Source of the DNA: a virus
Lineage: Duplodnaviria; Caudoviricetes
Direction: 5' to 3' (one strand)
Length of the DNA: 64,000 bases
Virus record (IMG/VR): IMGVR_UViG_3300028591_000090
Coordinates: 1 to 64,000 of that record
Shown here: piece after piece, positions 29,780 to 40,479 of the stretch
Numbering within the stretch: position 1 is the first letter of the stretch
Layout of the letters: each line of letters starts with the position of its first letter
Notes under the pieces: model-generated
The model's input: the letters and a program-made list of their open reading frames with translations, nothing else
Told to the model about the DNA's origin: nothing
Databases searched by the model: none
Made by a program: the position numbers and the translations under genes

Positions 29780-30622
29780 TTAGTTTTCAAGTTCAACTTC
29801 TTCGTTATCTTCAAGAATAGATTTAGTCTTATGAATATTGCCGACAATTTCAAAGTATTGAGCATCTGCGATTCCTGTAATTTTATAGTTATTATATTTC
29901 CCTTCCGATAGATTTAGATTTCCTTTTTCATCCACATAACCAGTTCCTTGCTTGTATAATAGTTTTCGATAACAACCATTTAAACACACGTAAACACCAG
30001 CATTTTCTGATAATTTATAAAGAGAAAACATACTTTCATAGATATTGTTGTGAACAAAGAAAATATCACCGTCGAAAACTTTTATTCTTTTTCTTTCTAA
30101 TCCATCTCTTATTTCTATATCATCTACATATTTTGCACAACCTATATATTCTAAATCAGTTCTGTTCTTTAAGATTTCAGAAAGAGACATTATATCACCA
30201 GCAAAAGAAAGGTCAATGATAAACTCTTCAAATTCTCCTTTTTCATTTTTATAGAAATATTTACGAATATCTTTTTCTTCTTCGTTATAATCATAATCTG
30301 TTGACCGTGATATATCAATAGTATTGCAAATGTTGTCATATACATCTACAGCAAGATTAAATGCCTCTGGAAATCTATGAGCATTTTGAACTCTTTTAAT
30401 ATTAAATTCTTCGTATTGATAATTACGAAAGTTCGCATTAAGACCAGAAGCGAAGATAGCAAATAACTTATCTGCTTCGTCTCTTTTGTAACCTTTAGAT
30501 CTTGCATATAAAGTAAATCTCTCATACGTTACATAAGATTTCATCGTAATGTATTGGTCTTGTACATTAGACATTTTATCAAAAAAGTCTAAATCTATTT
30601 TTATTAACTTTGTCTTTTCCAT
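29780..30622 (-). CDS. YopX-like domain protein
   Basis: FDGDI...FEIVGNIH. Confidence 0.6.
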   Translation of the reverse strand: MEKTKLIKIDLDFFDKMSNVQDQYITMKSYVTYERFTLYARSKGYKRDEADKLFAIFASGLNANFRNYQYEEFNIKRVQNAHRFPEAFNLAVDVYDNICNTIDISRSTDYDYNEEEKDIRKYFYKNEKGEFEEFIIDLSFAGDIMSLSEILKNRTDLEYIGCAKYVDDIEIRDGLERKRIKVFDGDIFFVHNNIYESMFSLYKLSENAGVYVCLNGCYRKLLYKQGTGYVDEKGNLNLSEGKYNNYKITGIADAQYFEIVGNIHKTKSILEDNEEVELEN

Positions 30623-30623
30623 A

Positions 30624-30881
30624 TTATTTTTCTTTACAAACTATTATACCGCCAGATAACACTATTCTTTTATGATTCTCATCTTCAAAGTAAATTGAAG
30701 CACCACTATCAGAAGTAATGTACTTTGTGTTAAATTTTTCAAGAGTGTCTCCATTATAATTCATTAAAATAACTTCCCTTGGAACGCTACCAAAATCTGC
30801 TTGTATATTTTTTACATCTCGAAGTACTGATTCACAACTTGCAAGGCAGAATATACCAAATAAAATTAAAATCTTTTTCAT
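30624..30881 (-). CDS. lipoprotein
   Basis: lipobox LASC. Confidence 0.7.
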   Translation of the reverse strand: MKKILILFGIFCLASCESVLRDVKNIQADFGSVPREVILMNYNGDTLEKFNTKYITSDSGASIYFEDENHKRIVLSGGIIVCKEK

Positions 30882-30882
30882 G

Positions 30883-31371
30883 TTATTCTTGATTTTTTAA
30901 TTCTTCTATTTTTTTATTGATTTCTAATAAAAGAGCATCTATGTTTTCGTTCATAGTTAAAATACTCAAACTACTCAAAAAAGATAGAAATTCTTTATTT
31001 TTTAACTTTGCCATATTCCTTGCTGATATTTCACATTCGTTTGATTCAAACTCAGAATAACCATTCAAATATTTACGAACAGCATTTTGTTCTTTTTCTG
31101 ATAGAAACCAAGATTCATTTATATCAGTTGCAAAAGAATCTATTTGTTTCTTTAATGATTTGCGAATTTCATGTAATTGTGATATTTCACAAAGTTCCAC
31201 ATCTTTAAGAGATTTTTCCGTATCTAATATATCAAATAACATTTTTTCAAGGTCTGATTTTATTGAAGATACTACTGCTATAGCCATACGGCATCTTTCT
31301 AATTGAATATACTGATTTGCTATATTCATTTTATTACTACAAGTTTCTTCTACGTTATTTTTCATCGTCAT
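30883..31371 (-). CDS. hypothetical protein
   Basis: packed ORF. Confidence 0.65.
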   Translation of the reverse strand: MTMKNNVEETCSNKMNIANQYIQLERCRMAIAVVSSIKSDLEKMLFDILDTEKSLKDVELCEISQLHEIRKSLKKQIDSFATDINESWFLSEKEQNAVRKYLNGYSEFESNECEISARNMAKLKNKEFLSFLSSLSILTMNENIDALLLEINKKIEELKNQE

Positions 31372-31585
31372 TTGAATTTAATTCTACAATATTTTTCAAC
31401 CCTCTTGCAAAGATACGAAATCCTTCTCTTGCATGGTCGGTATAAGCATCACAATCGTAATATTGTAACACTTCATCAATTTTCTTTAGAAAATCTTCGT
31501 CTTTGATTTTACACGTTGCTGCAATAATATGATTATATGGATTACTACACTCAGCAACAGTTCTTATTATGTCTTTATTTGTCAT
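31355..31585 (-). CDS. hypothetical protein
   Basis: packed ORF. Confidence 0.55.
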   Translation of the reverse strand: MTNKDIIRTVAECSNPYNHIIAATCKIKDEDFLKKIDEVLQYYDCDAYTDHAREGFRIFARGLKNIVELNSNDDEK

Positions 31586-32273
31586 TTTTATATTGTTTTT
31601 TACGTTTGTATTTCTTTTTAACTGATTTTTGTTCGTCAAACAAACTGCCTAATTCATTTGCTTTATTTTTAATAAAGTTATTATACAGCCTTCTTTTAAT
31701 CATATGTTCATAACAAACGATTGGTTTAGAACGAGCAAATTTATTTTCATTTTCTTTTATACTTGTTTCAACATAAGAAAAAGCCATTTTTGAATAATTC
31801 AAAATATCTTTCTTTTGTTCTGGATATTTTTTTAATAATTTCTTTACATATTCAGTAAGACCATCTATTGTTAAACACATACTCAATTCAAAGGTAACTG
31901 TCTGTTCGTTAAAGTGATAAATAGTATTCCAATGAACATCTGAATGTGTTTTATCGTTGAATTCTTTATATTCTAAATTCATTACCTCAATATATTTTTC
32001 CAATATTTCATCGAGGTAACGACTTTCAAACTTTTCATTATAAAAAACTCTTTCTGCTTCAAAGCCATCAAAAAATACTTCACTTACATAAAATTTTCCA
32101 TCATAAAATGTTTTAACATACAAAGTTAATGTTGTAACACCAAAAGAAACATCATCAACAACAACTACTATAGACAAATTGTTTGATTGAAAATATTTAT
32201 TGATTCTTTCTTCAAAAGCCTCAATATCTTTTTTATACCACCATTTCTTAAACTTATTCATATCTTTTACCAA
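31575..32273 (-). CDS. hypothetical protein
   Basis: 232 aa ORF. Confidence 0.7.
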   Translation of the reverse strand: MVKDMNKFKKWWYKKDIEAFEERINKYFQSNNLSIVVVVDDVSFGVTTLTLYVKTFYDGKFYVSEVFFDGFEAERVFYNEKFESRYLDEILEKYIEVMNLEYKEFNDKTHSDVHWNTIYHFNEQTVTFELSMCLTIDGLTEYVKKLLKKYPEQKKDILNYSKMAFSYVETSIKENENKFARSKPIVCYEHMIKRRLYNNFIKNKANELGSLFDEQKSVKKKYKRKKQYKNDK

Positions 32274-32839
32274 TTATATTCACAAATATCTTTTTCTTCA
32301 CCACAACCAGTACATTTAACGCTTATAGCATCTCCAATTGGTCCTGGAGTAATTATATAAGAAACCAAACCTTTACAATCTTTATGTTTTTCTTCAAAAG
32401 CACAACATGCTTTTGTTTCATCTACACTCATTTCATATTTTATAGTTTTCGGTTCAATAATATCTTCTTTTTCTTGATAGAAATCTATAATATCAACTAA
32501 AGAAAAATATGGTAATTCTCTTTCAATAGAATCTTCTTCTATTAAAACTTTAACATCTGTATTAATAAGAAAACCACGAACAATTCCCTTATGATTATAC
32601 CAAGTTACTTTATAACCAAGATATTTATTTAGAAATGATTTAAAAGCATAAAGATTTGTTGTTCTGAATAACATTACTGGAATAACATTCACACAATTAT
32701 CCATATATGTTTCAAATATATCCCACTCTTCTATACTACAAATTCGCAATTGTGGTATTTTATCAGAAAAATTTACGACATATTCTGAAAGAACTTTTAA
32801 ATTTTTTTCTACTTCTTTTTTATATTCTTCTACCACCAT
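32267..32839 (-). CDS. hypothetical protein with C-terminal Zn-ribbon
   Basis: HKDC...CTGC. Confidence 0.7.
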   Translation of the reverse strand: MVVEEYKKEVEKNLKVLSEYVVNFSDKIPQLRICSIEEWDIFETYMDNCVNVIPVMLFRTTNLYAFKSFLNKYLGYKVTWYNHKGIVRGFLINTDVKVLIEEDSIERELPYFSLVDIIDFYQEKEDIIEPKTIKYEMSVDETKACCAFEEKHKDCKGLVSYIITPGPIGDAISVKCTGCGEEKDICEYNW

Positions 32840-33393
32840 AAGTCACTAAAATATTTTATGAATAATTCTTTTGCTTCTTGTACTTTTTTATTATAATTAT
32901 CATGCCATTTATCGTATTTTTTTCTTTCTGTACGAATATCATACGGACATTCTGCACCATAATTATCAAACCAATAAAGCATCTTATCAAGGATTTCATT
33001 CCATTGTTCTTCTGTTAGTCCCATTGGACAACCACCGTGATTTTCTCTAAAATCGTGTAAACGAGGTCTAATAAACTCAACAATAGTATTATCAAGATTC
33101 CACATTTCACTATAATCAAACCCACGTTCTAATCGTTGCTGTCTTGCTTCTTCCCAACGGTCATCTGTTGGTTCTATATGAGAGAAATTAACATTTTTTA
33201 TTCCATAAGGATCTTTTGCGTCTTCCTTACGTATTTCATATCTCCACATATCTCTTTTATCTTTACCAACAGCATCTACTGCCGCAACGCCATAATCAGT
33301 CCAAGCGTCAGGAAAATTTTCGTGAAATCTCGCAACGGTTACAACCGAACCAGCCTCTGGTTTTTCATCTTTAAAATAGTGCCACACTTTCAT
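32830..33393 (-). CDS. conserved phage protein
   Basis: WNLD.TI..FI.PRL..F...W.EILDKM...LWW. Confidence 0.75.
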   Translation of the reverse strand: MKVWHYFKDEKPEAGSVVTVARFHENFPDAWTDYGVAAVDAVGKDKRDMWRYEIRKEDAKDPYGIKNVNFSHIEPTDDRWEEARQQRLERGFDYSEMWNLDNTIVEFIRPRLHDFRENHGGCPMGLTEEQWNEILDKMLYWFDNYGAECPYDIRTERKKYDKWHDNYNKKVQEAKELFIKYFSDLWW

Positions 33394-33418
33394 AATATTT
33401 GTTATTAATTATTTGTTA

Positions 33419-34765
33419 TTAATTTTCATCTTCAATATTTGATTCTCCTGCCTCAAGTTCTTTCGTTTCTTTCTCATAAAAACGTGTTGACTTAACTTTA
33501 TAGGATTCAATACCATTGATTTCCTTTCTTACAACACAGCCCTCTTCTGGTTCGCCATTTTGACAAATATAACAATCTTTTTCGTTATAATCATCTTTAA
33601 GGAATTGCAAGAAAGCCTCCTCAAACTCGATTTCAGTCATATCGTGACAAACTCCACCAATATGGTCTGGATAATGTTTGTCAATATATTGTTCTGCTGT
33701 ACCATAGAATAACAAAGGAACAGCATTCAATCCATATTCTTTACAGAAATCTTGTACTTGTTTCATAGAGAATTCAAATACTTGACCATCTACATTTGTG
33801 TATGTGATTCGATAAATGTAAATCTTATGTTCGTTTGGTTGGCAACCATAAGGATAACCCTTTTGAATACAACCACCATCTTTTAGATAGCCTGCAATTT
33901 CATAATAGAACGTCATACCTTTTTTAAGAAATGGTTTCAATTCTTCATTTGCAATCTCCCAAATGTTTTCTCCATAGAAATCGTGACGCTCTCTGTCTTC
34001 GTAAGCAAACTCATTTTTTACAACTTTACGAGATGCATAAACATAGTCATAATCAACAAACGTCTTATTGAATAACTTCTTTTGTAATTTTTCAAACCAA
34101 GATAGGTTTGTTCTATTGCAAAGAATATAAGAAGAGATACCAGATGTACCGTGAATCTTATATGTAACAGAAATCAAATCATCTCTATGAATCTTTGATA
34201 GGTTACGATACAACATTTGCGTATCAATATGGAATCTAAATTGATTATCTACAAGTCTTGATATTCTTTTTAGTTTTCTATTGCTTTTTGATTCTCTAAA
34301 ACCATTAGAACTTTGCTGATGTTTAACAACATATTTACGACAGATTTCATGTCCGTTAATATTATCAAATTGAACACCAATTTCAAGTTCTTCGTCTTCT
34401 GGACGCATAAACCATTTGATTGTTTCCATTCCGACAAACAATCCCTCTGATTCATTACCACGAAGTTTTACACAACGAACAAGACCATTCTTACCGAAGT
34501 AACCTTTTACGTTTGTATCTTCGTTCATTTCTGCTTTTGAATACATATTATTCTTAAACAAAAATGCATTATCCATTTGTGTACCAACAGGGAAAAATAT
34601 ACCTTTCGTTCCTGCTTCTACATCTTTAGTAACAATAACTTTATTACCAAAAATGATAGCGTGACGCAAATTATCACAATTTGGTAAATCTACTAGATGT
34701 TCAATAGTACAAACAATACCACAATAATTTGAATTTACAACTTCTTTAATAACTGCCTTTCCCAT
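33419..34765 (-). CDS. RNA ligase (Rnl2/DRB0094-type) with N-terminal OB-like domain
   Basis: KIHGTS, YEIAG, EGCVVR, KVKS nucleotidyltransferase motifs. Confidence 0.85.
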   Translation of the reverse strand: MGKAVIKEVVNSNYCGIVCTIEHLVDLPNCDNLRHAIIFGNKVIVTKDVEAGTKGIFFPVGTQMDNAFLFKNNMYSKAEMNEDTNVKGYFGKNGLVRCVKLRGNESEGLFVGMETIKWFMRPEDEELEIGVQFDNINGHEICRKYVVKHQQSSNGFRESKSNRKLKRISRLVDNQFRFHIDTQMLYRNLSKIHRDDLISVTYKIHGTSGISSYILCNRTNLSWFEKLQKKLFNKTFVDYDYVYASRKVVKNEFAYEDRERHDFYGENIWEIANEELKPFLKKGMTFYYEIAGYLKDGGCIQKGYPYGCQPNEHKIYIYRITYTNVDGQVFEFSMKQVQDFCKEYGLNAVPLLFYGTAEQYIDKHYPDHIGGVCHDMTEIEFEEAFLQFLKDDYNEKDCYICQNGEPEEGCVVRKEINGIESYKVKSTRFYEKETKELEAGESNIEDEN

Positions 34766-34799
34766 ATCTTTATTTTTTTTGCAAATATAAACAATTTTT

Positions 34800-35174
34800 T
34801 CATGAAAAACAATAAATCATTCTACAATTTTTATCAAAACCAATCATTTTTTTAATTAATGACCGTAACATAATAGCATCTGTGACTGTATCTGTTTCAA
34901 AATTCCATTCTTTTTTTTCGTCTTGAATTATTTCTCTTAAATAGTCCATAATATCCTGACTAAAGAATAAACAACCTTTACCATACGTAGACTCTGATAG
35001 CATTTCTTTCGCTTCGTCGGTAATATCATCTGGAAATTTTATTTCACAATATTTATCCAACCAATTAGATATATTACAATCGTGAATATTATCCATTCGT
35101 GATTCAGATACGGCAACCCATTTCTGTTTATCAGAATCGTATTTTTCTCTTATTGTTTTTATATAGCAACCCAT
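34800..35174 (-). CDS. phage protein related to 54220..54753
   Basis: PDD...R.IY.F pattern. Confidence 0.6.
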   Translation of the reverse strand: MGCYIKTIREKYDSDKQKWVAVSESRMDNIHDCNISNWLDKYCEIKFPDDITDEAKEMLSESTYGKGCLFFSQDIMDYLREIIQDEKKEWNFETDTVTDAIMLRSLIKKMIGFDKNCRMIYCFS

Positions 35175-35178
35175 AATT

Positions 35179-35826
35179 TTAATAATCAGTATCAGAATCA
35201 AGAATAATTTTTATATTTAAGTCACAACCATCGTAGACTTCCTTTACTCCATCAAGTTTATCAAATCCTTCAAGTTTGTAATAAATGTTTGCATACACAA
35301 ATAGACTACCACATTCGATAAAACCTTGAAATGTTTTAATATTTTCGTTAATTTGATAAATGCCATGATTAAAAGATTCCTCTACACAACGTATAGCATC
35401 CACTAAACAAGCATATGCACTTTTCTTTAAATCTTCTATTGACTCGTATGGAAAACAATAGAAATCTTTTTCTCCATCACATAATGTTTTATTGTTGATT
35501 TCAAATAGTTTTAATAAGTCTGGTTGGTTAAACCGTTCCGAATTTGTTTTCTTTAACAAATCACAAACAATAAATACTCTTTCCCAATTTATTAAACTAT
35601 CATTATCATTAAGAATCTCTTTCAGTCTAAATAACATTGCATCATCCCAAGGTTGTCTGTATGGTCTCTTAAAGACTTTATAATGTTCACTATTTATATC
35701 AACAACAAAATCTTTGTCGCAATTTCCATTAGTTTTTGAGACAATATTTTCTAAATTTGACACTCTCTCTTCAATAGTATCAATACGTTCATTTATACGC
35801 TTTAATGTTTCTGATACACTACTCAT
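35179..35826 (-). CDS. hypothetical protein
   Basis: ORF. Confidence 0.7.
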   Translation of the reverse strand: MSSVSETLKRINERIDTIEERVSNLENIVSKTNGNCDKDFVVDINSEHYKVFKRPYRQPWDDAMLFRLKEILNDNDSLINWERVFIVCDLLKKTNSERFNQPDLLKLFEINNKTLCDGEKDFYCFPYESIEDLKKSAYACLVDAIRCVEESFNHGIYQINENIKTFQGFIECGSLFVYANIYYKLEGFDKLDGVKEVYDGCDLNIKIILDSDTDY

Positions 35827-35833
35827 ATCTATA

Positions 35834-36109
35834 TTATAATTTGTTTAATTTTACATATTCAATTCCTGGTAAATTTTTCAAAAATGTAACAATACTTACA
35901 ACGGCAATACAATCTCCTATTGTTGGAACGTAAGGAATATTGGTTATAAGATTTAATGGTAATGTTAAAAGATATATTCCAAATCCCCAAACCAATCCAA
36001 TAACAACTGAACCAATTATAGTATTACACAAAAGTATAAATGCCTTTACTCCCTCAAGTAAAATCTTTAAAAAGACATCTGATATTTTATCTAAAAATTT
36101 GTTGTTCAT
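35834..36109 (-). CDS. membrane protein
   Basis: hydrophobic. Confidence 0.6.
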   Translation of the reverse strand: MNNKFLDKISDVFLKILLEGVKAFILLCNTIIGSVVIGLVWGFGIYLLTLPLNLITNIPYVPTIGDCIAVVSIVTFLKNLPGIEYVKLNKL

Positions 36110-36465
36110 AGTAAAGTAACATTAATTAAATTTTTATCAATACAAATAAGTATTCTTTCAAATGCATCTTCCATACGATAAGTTACATCTTCTTCTTTTG
36201 AATATATATATGTCATACCGTATTTTGTTGGAACAACATAATCAATTCCAGAAATAGTTTCTGTATGTTCTTCAACTTTAAATGGAATACCTATTTCAAA
36301 ATGATATGATATTACACCAGTTGACGGATTTTGTGCTGATTTCAATGTTATAGAAAAACCAGTCTGTTCTATGAAAAATTGAAGAGCATCATCAACAGTT
36401 AATGTTTCTCTATGCCTAATAATTTCATAAATATTTTTTATTTTTCCCTTGTCTATTAATTTCAT
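36106..36465 (-). CDS. hypothetical protein
   Basis: packed ORF. Confidence 0.65.
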   Translation of the reverse strand: MKLIDKGKIKNIYEIIRHRETLTVDDALQFFIEQTGFSITLKSAQNPSTGVISYHFEIGIPFKVEEHTETISGIDYVVPTKYGMTYIYSKEEDVTYRMEDAFERILICIDKNLINVTLL

Positions 36466-36799
36466 TTCTCAATAATCTTTTTAATATCTTTAATTCTTTT
36501 TTATAATCGTAATTGTTATCCTCATAACAATCATCTAATATATCAACGTAAATTCCTTTACTTCTTCTATAAAACTTATAACAAAGTTCATCAACACAAA
36601 TTTCTTTACAACCACATTTTTTTATATCTAAAAGAATGCAATTGATATTATCCAATGCTTCGGTTTCTGTTGCACCAAATTTTACACCATTTATAGAATA
36701 AAAACCACCAACTTTATATCTTTCGTGGTTAATTAAATTTTGGCTCATTGTAAACACAGAAGCCAAAATCAGCGTTAATATTACAAAAACTCGTTTCAT
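36425..36799 (-). CDS. secreted/membrane-anchored protein
   Basis: signal-like N-terminus after promoter. Confidence 0.6.
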   Translation of the reverse strand: MKRVFVILTLILASVFTMSQNLINHERYKVGGFYSINGVKFGATETEALDNINCILLDIKKCGCKEICVDELCYKFYRRSKGIYVDILDDCYEDNNYDYKKELKILKRLLRNEINRQGKNKKYL

Positions 36800-36871
36800 G
36801 TCTTTATATTTTGTGCAAATATAAGTAATTTTTCCACAAAATCCAAATAAATAATAAAAAAAATAAATTAT

Positions 36872-37648
36872 ATGGCTCATATTCCAAGTTTTGAAGAATT
36901 TGTTCAAGGTCAAGAAGAAGTAGAAATTACAGAAGGATTCAAATCTAAATTGGCTGGTACTTTAGGTGGTGCTTTATTGGCTGGTGGATTAAATGCCTCT
37001 CCAACAGACAATCCCGGTGACGAAGACAAATATAACTTTAATAAAACAGAACAATATGTAGATACTCTTCCAAGTAGTTATACTGGCAAACAAGTAGATA
37101 AATACAAACAAGAAAGAGCATTTAATAGTTACAAAGATGTTAGTGACTATGAGAAAGAACATACTCATTCTGTTCCAGTCCCTGTTTGGGATAAACGAAA
37201 TAAAAATATTAGATTAGGTAACATATATACAGGAAACTATAATATTACTGGTGACGCTGACGAATTCTTTGATAACGACGACTTATTATATCTTTACAGT
37301 AAAAACCCAAATATTAATGCAAAAATTGGTGAATTACAAGATAAAGTAAAAAACAATAAAGTTGATTTTGATGACCCGTATTTTTCTTTTAAGATAATTA
37401 AACGTGGACCAAAGAATAAAGACGGTTATATCATTAATGACGCTCTTGGTATCAAACTTACAGTTAGAGATGTGGATAAATTTTTACAAAATATAACAAA
37501 CAAATATACTGTAACAAAAGCTGGAGATACACAAAAGAAAAAAGATAATGAATTATTCCAAAACAAAGATATGACAGAATGGTTTAATATAGTACCAAAG
37601 GGAAGTGTAAGAAGACTTACCTCTACAAAATCAAAAATCCAATTCTAA
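36872..37648 (+). CDS. putative head-internal protein
   Basis: IPSFEEF...ITEG; late promoter. Confidence 0.75.
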   Translation: MAHIPSFEEFVQGQEEVEITEGFKSKLAGTLGGALLAGGLNASPTDNPGDEDKYNFNKTEQYVDTLPSSYTGKQVDKYKQERAFNSYKDVSDYEKEHTHSVPVPVWDKRNKNIRLGNIYTGNYNITGDADEFFDNDDLLYLYSKNPNINAKIGELQDKVKNNKVDFDDPYFSFKIIKRGPKNKDGYIINDALGIKLTVRDVDKFLQNITNKYTVTKAGDTQKKKDNELFQNKDMTEWFNIVPKGSVRRLTSTKSKIQF

Positions 37649-37665
37649 TTGAATTGGATTTTTTT
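37634..37665. terminator. bidirectional terminator
   Basis: aatccaattc/gaattggatt. Confidence 0.8.
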
Positions 37666-37667
37666 AT

Positions 37668-38132
37668 TTACATTTTAAAATCACCGAAACTTGGAATCTT
37701 TATAAAACCTTTACTTTCTGCAAGTTCTTTATACTTATACAATGTAGAATCAATCAATCCAAGAATATCGTCACCATCTGATTTCAATTCTGATTCTTTA
37801 CAATACAATTCCACACCAACACGAACAATCTTTGCTAACTTTTCAAGATAATCAACGACATTTAAATTTTCAACAATAAGAACATTATCAAAAGATTTTA
37901 CTTTTCCGTGTACTCCAAACCAATGTTCAACGAGAGAATCAACTTTTTCTATTACTTCATCGTAAAAATCGTTTAAAATTACGTGTTTTGTATAATCATC
38001 TGTAAGTAAGTGTTGTTTCCATATTTCCAAAGAACTATGCATTAAAGTACCTAAAAATTGTTCTATCGTGAGCATATCACCACCAACTTCTGCTGACATT
38101 TGTATAGTGTTTAATCCTAATTGAATATCCAT
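37668..38132 (-). CDS. ferritin/Dps-like protein (DUF5856-type)
   Basis: H..T..Y..H..L..FY......D.LVE...G. Confidence 0.75.
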   Translation of the reverse strand: MDIQLGLNTIQMSAEVGGDMLTIEQFLGTLMHSSLEIWKQHLLTDDYTKHVILNDFYDEVIEKVDSLVEHWFGVHGKVKSFDNVLIVENLNVVDYLEKLAKIVRVGVELYCKESELKSDGDDILGLIDSTLYKYKELAESKGFIKIPSFGDFKM

Positions 38133-38189
38133 GTCTTATTGTTTTTTTTATTATTTATGCGAGAAATAAATAATAAAAAGATTTATCTT

Positions 38190-40007
38190 ATGCCTAGAGT
38201 AATTAAAAAGAAATACACTTTCAAGTTAGAATTTGATTCTGAAAATACAATATCTGCATCTGGTAATTATAGAATTTTTACAGTTGAAGATACAATGCTT
38301 AATGTAATGAACATATCTAAAATTGTAGATGTTGTTAAAGTATCAGAAGATATAGAAGATAAGTCTTTTTTGGATAATTTAAAGAAATATGTTAGATATT
38401 CTAAAGATGGTAATATATGGTCTATGTGGTATGATTTTACCAATATAGATTTTGAAGACCCAGCAAATATTATTTCTACATTAGAGTTTGACCCAGACGA
38501 TGAGTTTTATATTTCTTTCAAATACGAATATAACAACAACGAAGACTTTGACGAAATAGATACAATCACTATTGAATCTATCGAAACACAACTTACATTA
38601 CGTGAGGTAAAGATTCCACTTGCTCTTAATGCAAAAGTAAATGCTTCTTGTTCTCCAGAATCATGTCCAGAGGCTTTATTCGATAGAAACTCAAAACTTG
38701 ATTTGTATGACATTGGTAATTTAGGAGATGTATACCTTTCTATGTCATATTCAACACAATTATTGGCAGGACTTCCAGTATTGTATTTTCAAACAGCACC
38801 AGAAGAAAGTGGTACTGATTATGTGTTTAGGGAATATACTCTATACAATGTAATACAAAGAAAGTGTGTTAAAGGCGTTGTGAATGGAAATAAATTTCCT
38901 GACGCTTCGTTTATTTATAACAGTACAGATATGAATTATCAAGGACCATTTGAAATTCATTTTGATAGAAAATATTTTGAAGCAATGTTTGGTTCTGGAA
39001 AAGAACCACGTAAAAAAGATTTCCTTTATCTACCAATAATGAACCGTATGTACGAAGTTCAAGACGTTGAAATGGTTCGTGGTCTTATGATGATGCCTGT
39101 CTATTGGAAACTATCTCTTATTAAATTTCAACCAAATATTAATTATCTGCAATCACAAGAAGAAGCAGAATTTCTTGATAATATGATTCTTGACAGCGAA
39201 GAACAATTTGGTAAAGAAGCGAAAGAACAGATTGCAGACGCTACAATGTCAGAACAATTCTCTACTGCTTCAAAGAAAAAAGATGAGGTAAGAACTTATC
39301 TTGATAGGGCTGTTGTTGTCGGAGAAGAAGAAGTAAATTATAATTATACAAGAATGATTTACTACTACTATAATATGAAAGCAACTGGTTATGAAAACGA
39401 AAATTGTGTTATCTATGACCAACCAACAGAAATATCTGTAAACAATGACGCAACTTTCTCTTTCGATTTTAAGATACAAGATGTGTCTGATAAAAATATT
39501 ATAATGCTATCTTCAACAAAACATGATTCTATGTTTGAAATAGGATTAAATATAGGAAAATATATTAATAACAAATATCAAAAATCATATTTATATATTA
39601 AAATAAATGGTTTGGTACAAAAGGTTGTTCTCGATAATATTCTACAAAAAGACACTTGGTATGGCGTTATTATTGGTGTATCGCCAACATACAAACAACT
39701 TGAAATGTATGTTTATTCTTTAGTTAAAGATGAGTTTGATGGTAATGTAACTGGATTCAAAAGAGAAAATTCTTTATTGCTTCCAATCCCATCAGAAGAA
39801 ATTTCTATAAACGAAACAGAAGATACTTTCTGCTTAAAAGCAGGAGATTATTTCATATCAAATGTGAGAATATTTAATAGAAATATGCCAATAGAAAAGC
39901 ATGAATTCATTCTTTCACAATTATTCATAAAAGACGAATCCATGCTTAATGTTATTGATAATTGCAGACCACAATTGGGTATGCCTTATCTTATGAAGAA
40001 ATACTAA
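38190..40007 (+). CDS. T4 gp14-like neck/head-completion protein with C-terminal LamG-like domain
   Basis: EPRKKDFLYLP..NRMYEV...YWKL; late promoter. Confidence 0.65.
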   Translation: MPRVIKKKYTFKLEFDSENTISASGNYRIFTVEDTMLNVMNISKIVDVVKVSEDIEDKSFLDNLKKYVRYSKDGNIWSMWYDFTNIDFEDPANIISTLEFDPDDEFYISFKYEYNNNEDFDEIDTITIESIETQLTLREVKIPLALNAKVNASCSPESCPEALFDRNSKLDLYDIGNLGDVYLSMSYSTQLLAGLPVLYFQTAPEESGTDYVFREYTLYNVIQRKCVKGVVNGNKFPDASFIYNSTDMNYQGPFEIHFDRKYFEAMFGSGKEPRKKDFLYLPIMNRMYEVQDVEMVRGLMMMPVYWKLSLIKFQPNINYLQSQEEAEFLDNMILDSEEQFGKEAKEQIADATMSEQFSTASKKKDEVRTYLDRAVVVGEEEVNYNYTRMIYYYYNMKATGYENENCVIYDQPTEISVNNDATFSFDFKIQDVSDKNIIMLSSTKHDSMFEIGLNIGKYINNKYQKSYLYIKINGLVQKVVLDNILQKDTWYGVIIGVSPTYKQLEMYVYSLVKDEFDGNVTGFKRENSLLLPIPSEEISINETEDTFCLKAGDYFISNVRIFNRNMPIEKHEFILSQLFIKDESMLNVIDNCRPQLGMPYLMKKY

Positions 40008-40008
40008 T

Positions 40009-40479
40009 CTATTTCTTATTGAATTTCGACATAAAGGAGAATACAAGATTTGTTTTGCTTGTTTTCTTTGCTTTAGAAATTTCTCCTGTTTCTTCGTCGA
40101 TATAACCAGTTTTCTTCATACAGTCTTCGACAACCTTTCGGTTATTAGCAATCACATCTTCTTGCTGTTTTAATTGATTCCAACGAGGGCAAGATGTGTA
40201 ATCGTACTTAATACCAGTTTCTTGAACCTTGATATTGACATTACGATAAATGAAGTTTGTTCCATAATTCATTGATTCGTTTACGGACTGGTCCACCAAC
40301 TTATCTATTGCAGCGTTAATAACCTCTGAAAGAACTTTAAGTTCGTAACGCAAATCCAATGCCGTTCTTTCACCTTTTTCAACACATGCAACAATATCAT
40401 TTGCTTGTGCTTCAATTTCTTCTTTTGAGACTGTGTTATCAGTCAAGCACTTCTCGATTAATTTTAATTCTATAGCCAT
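40009..40479 (-). CDS. Bacteroidetes-phage conserved protein
   Basis: ETGIKYDYTSC..W. Confidence 0.7.
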   Translation of the reverse strand: MAIELKLIEKCLTDNTVSKEEIEAQANDIVACVEKGERTALDLRYELKVLSEVINAAIDKLVDQSVNESMNYGTNFIYRNVNIKVQETGIKYDYTSCPRWNQLKQQEDVIANNRKVVEDCMKKTGYIDEETGEISKAKKTSKTNLVFSFMSKFNKK

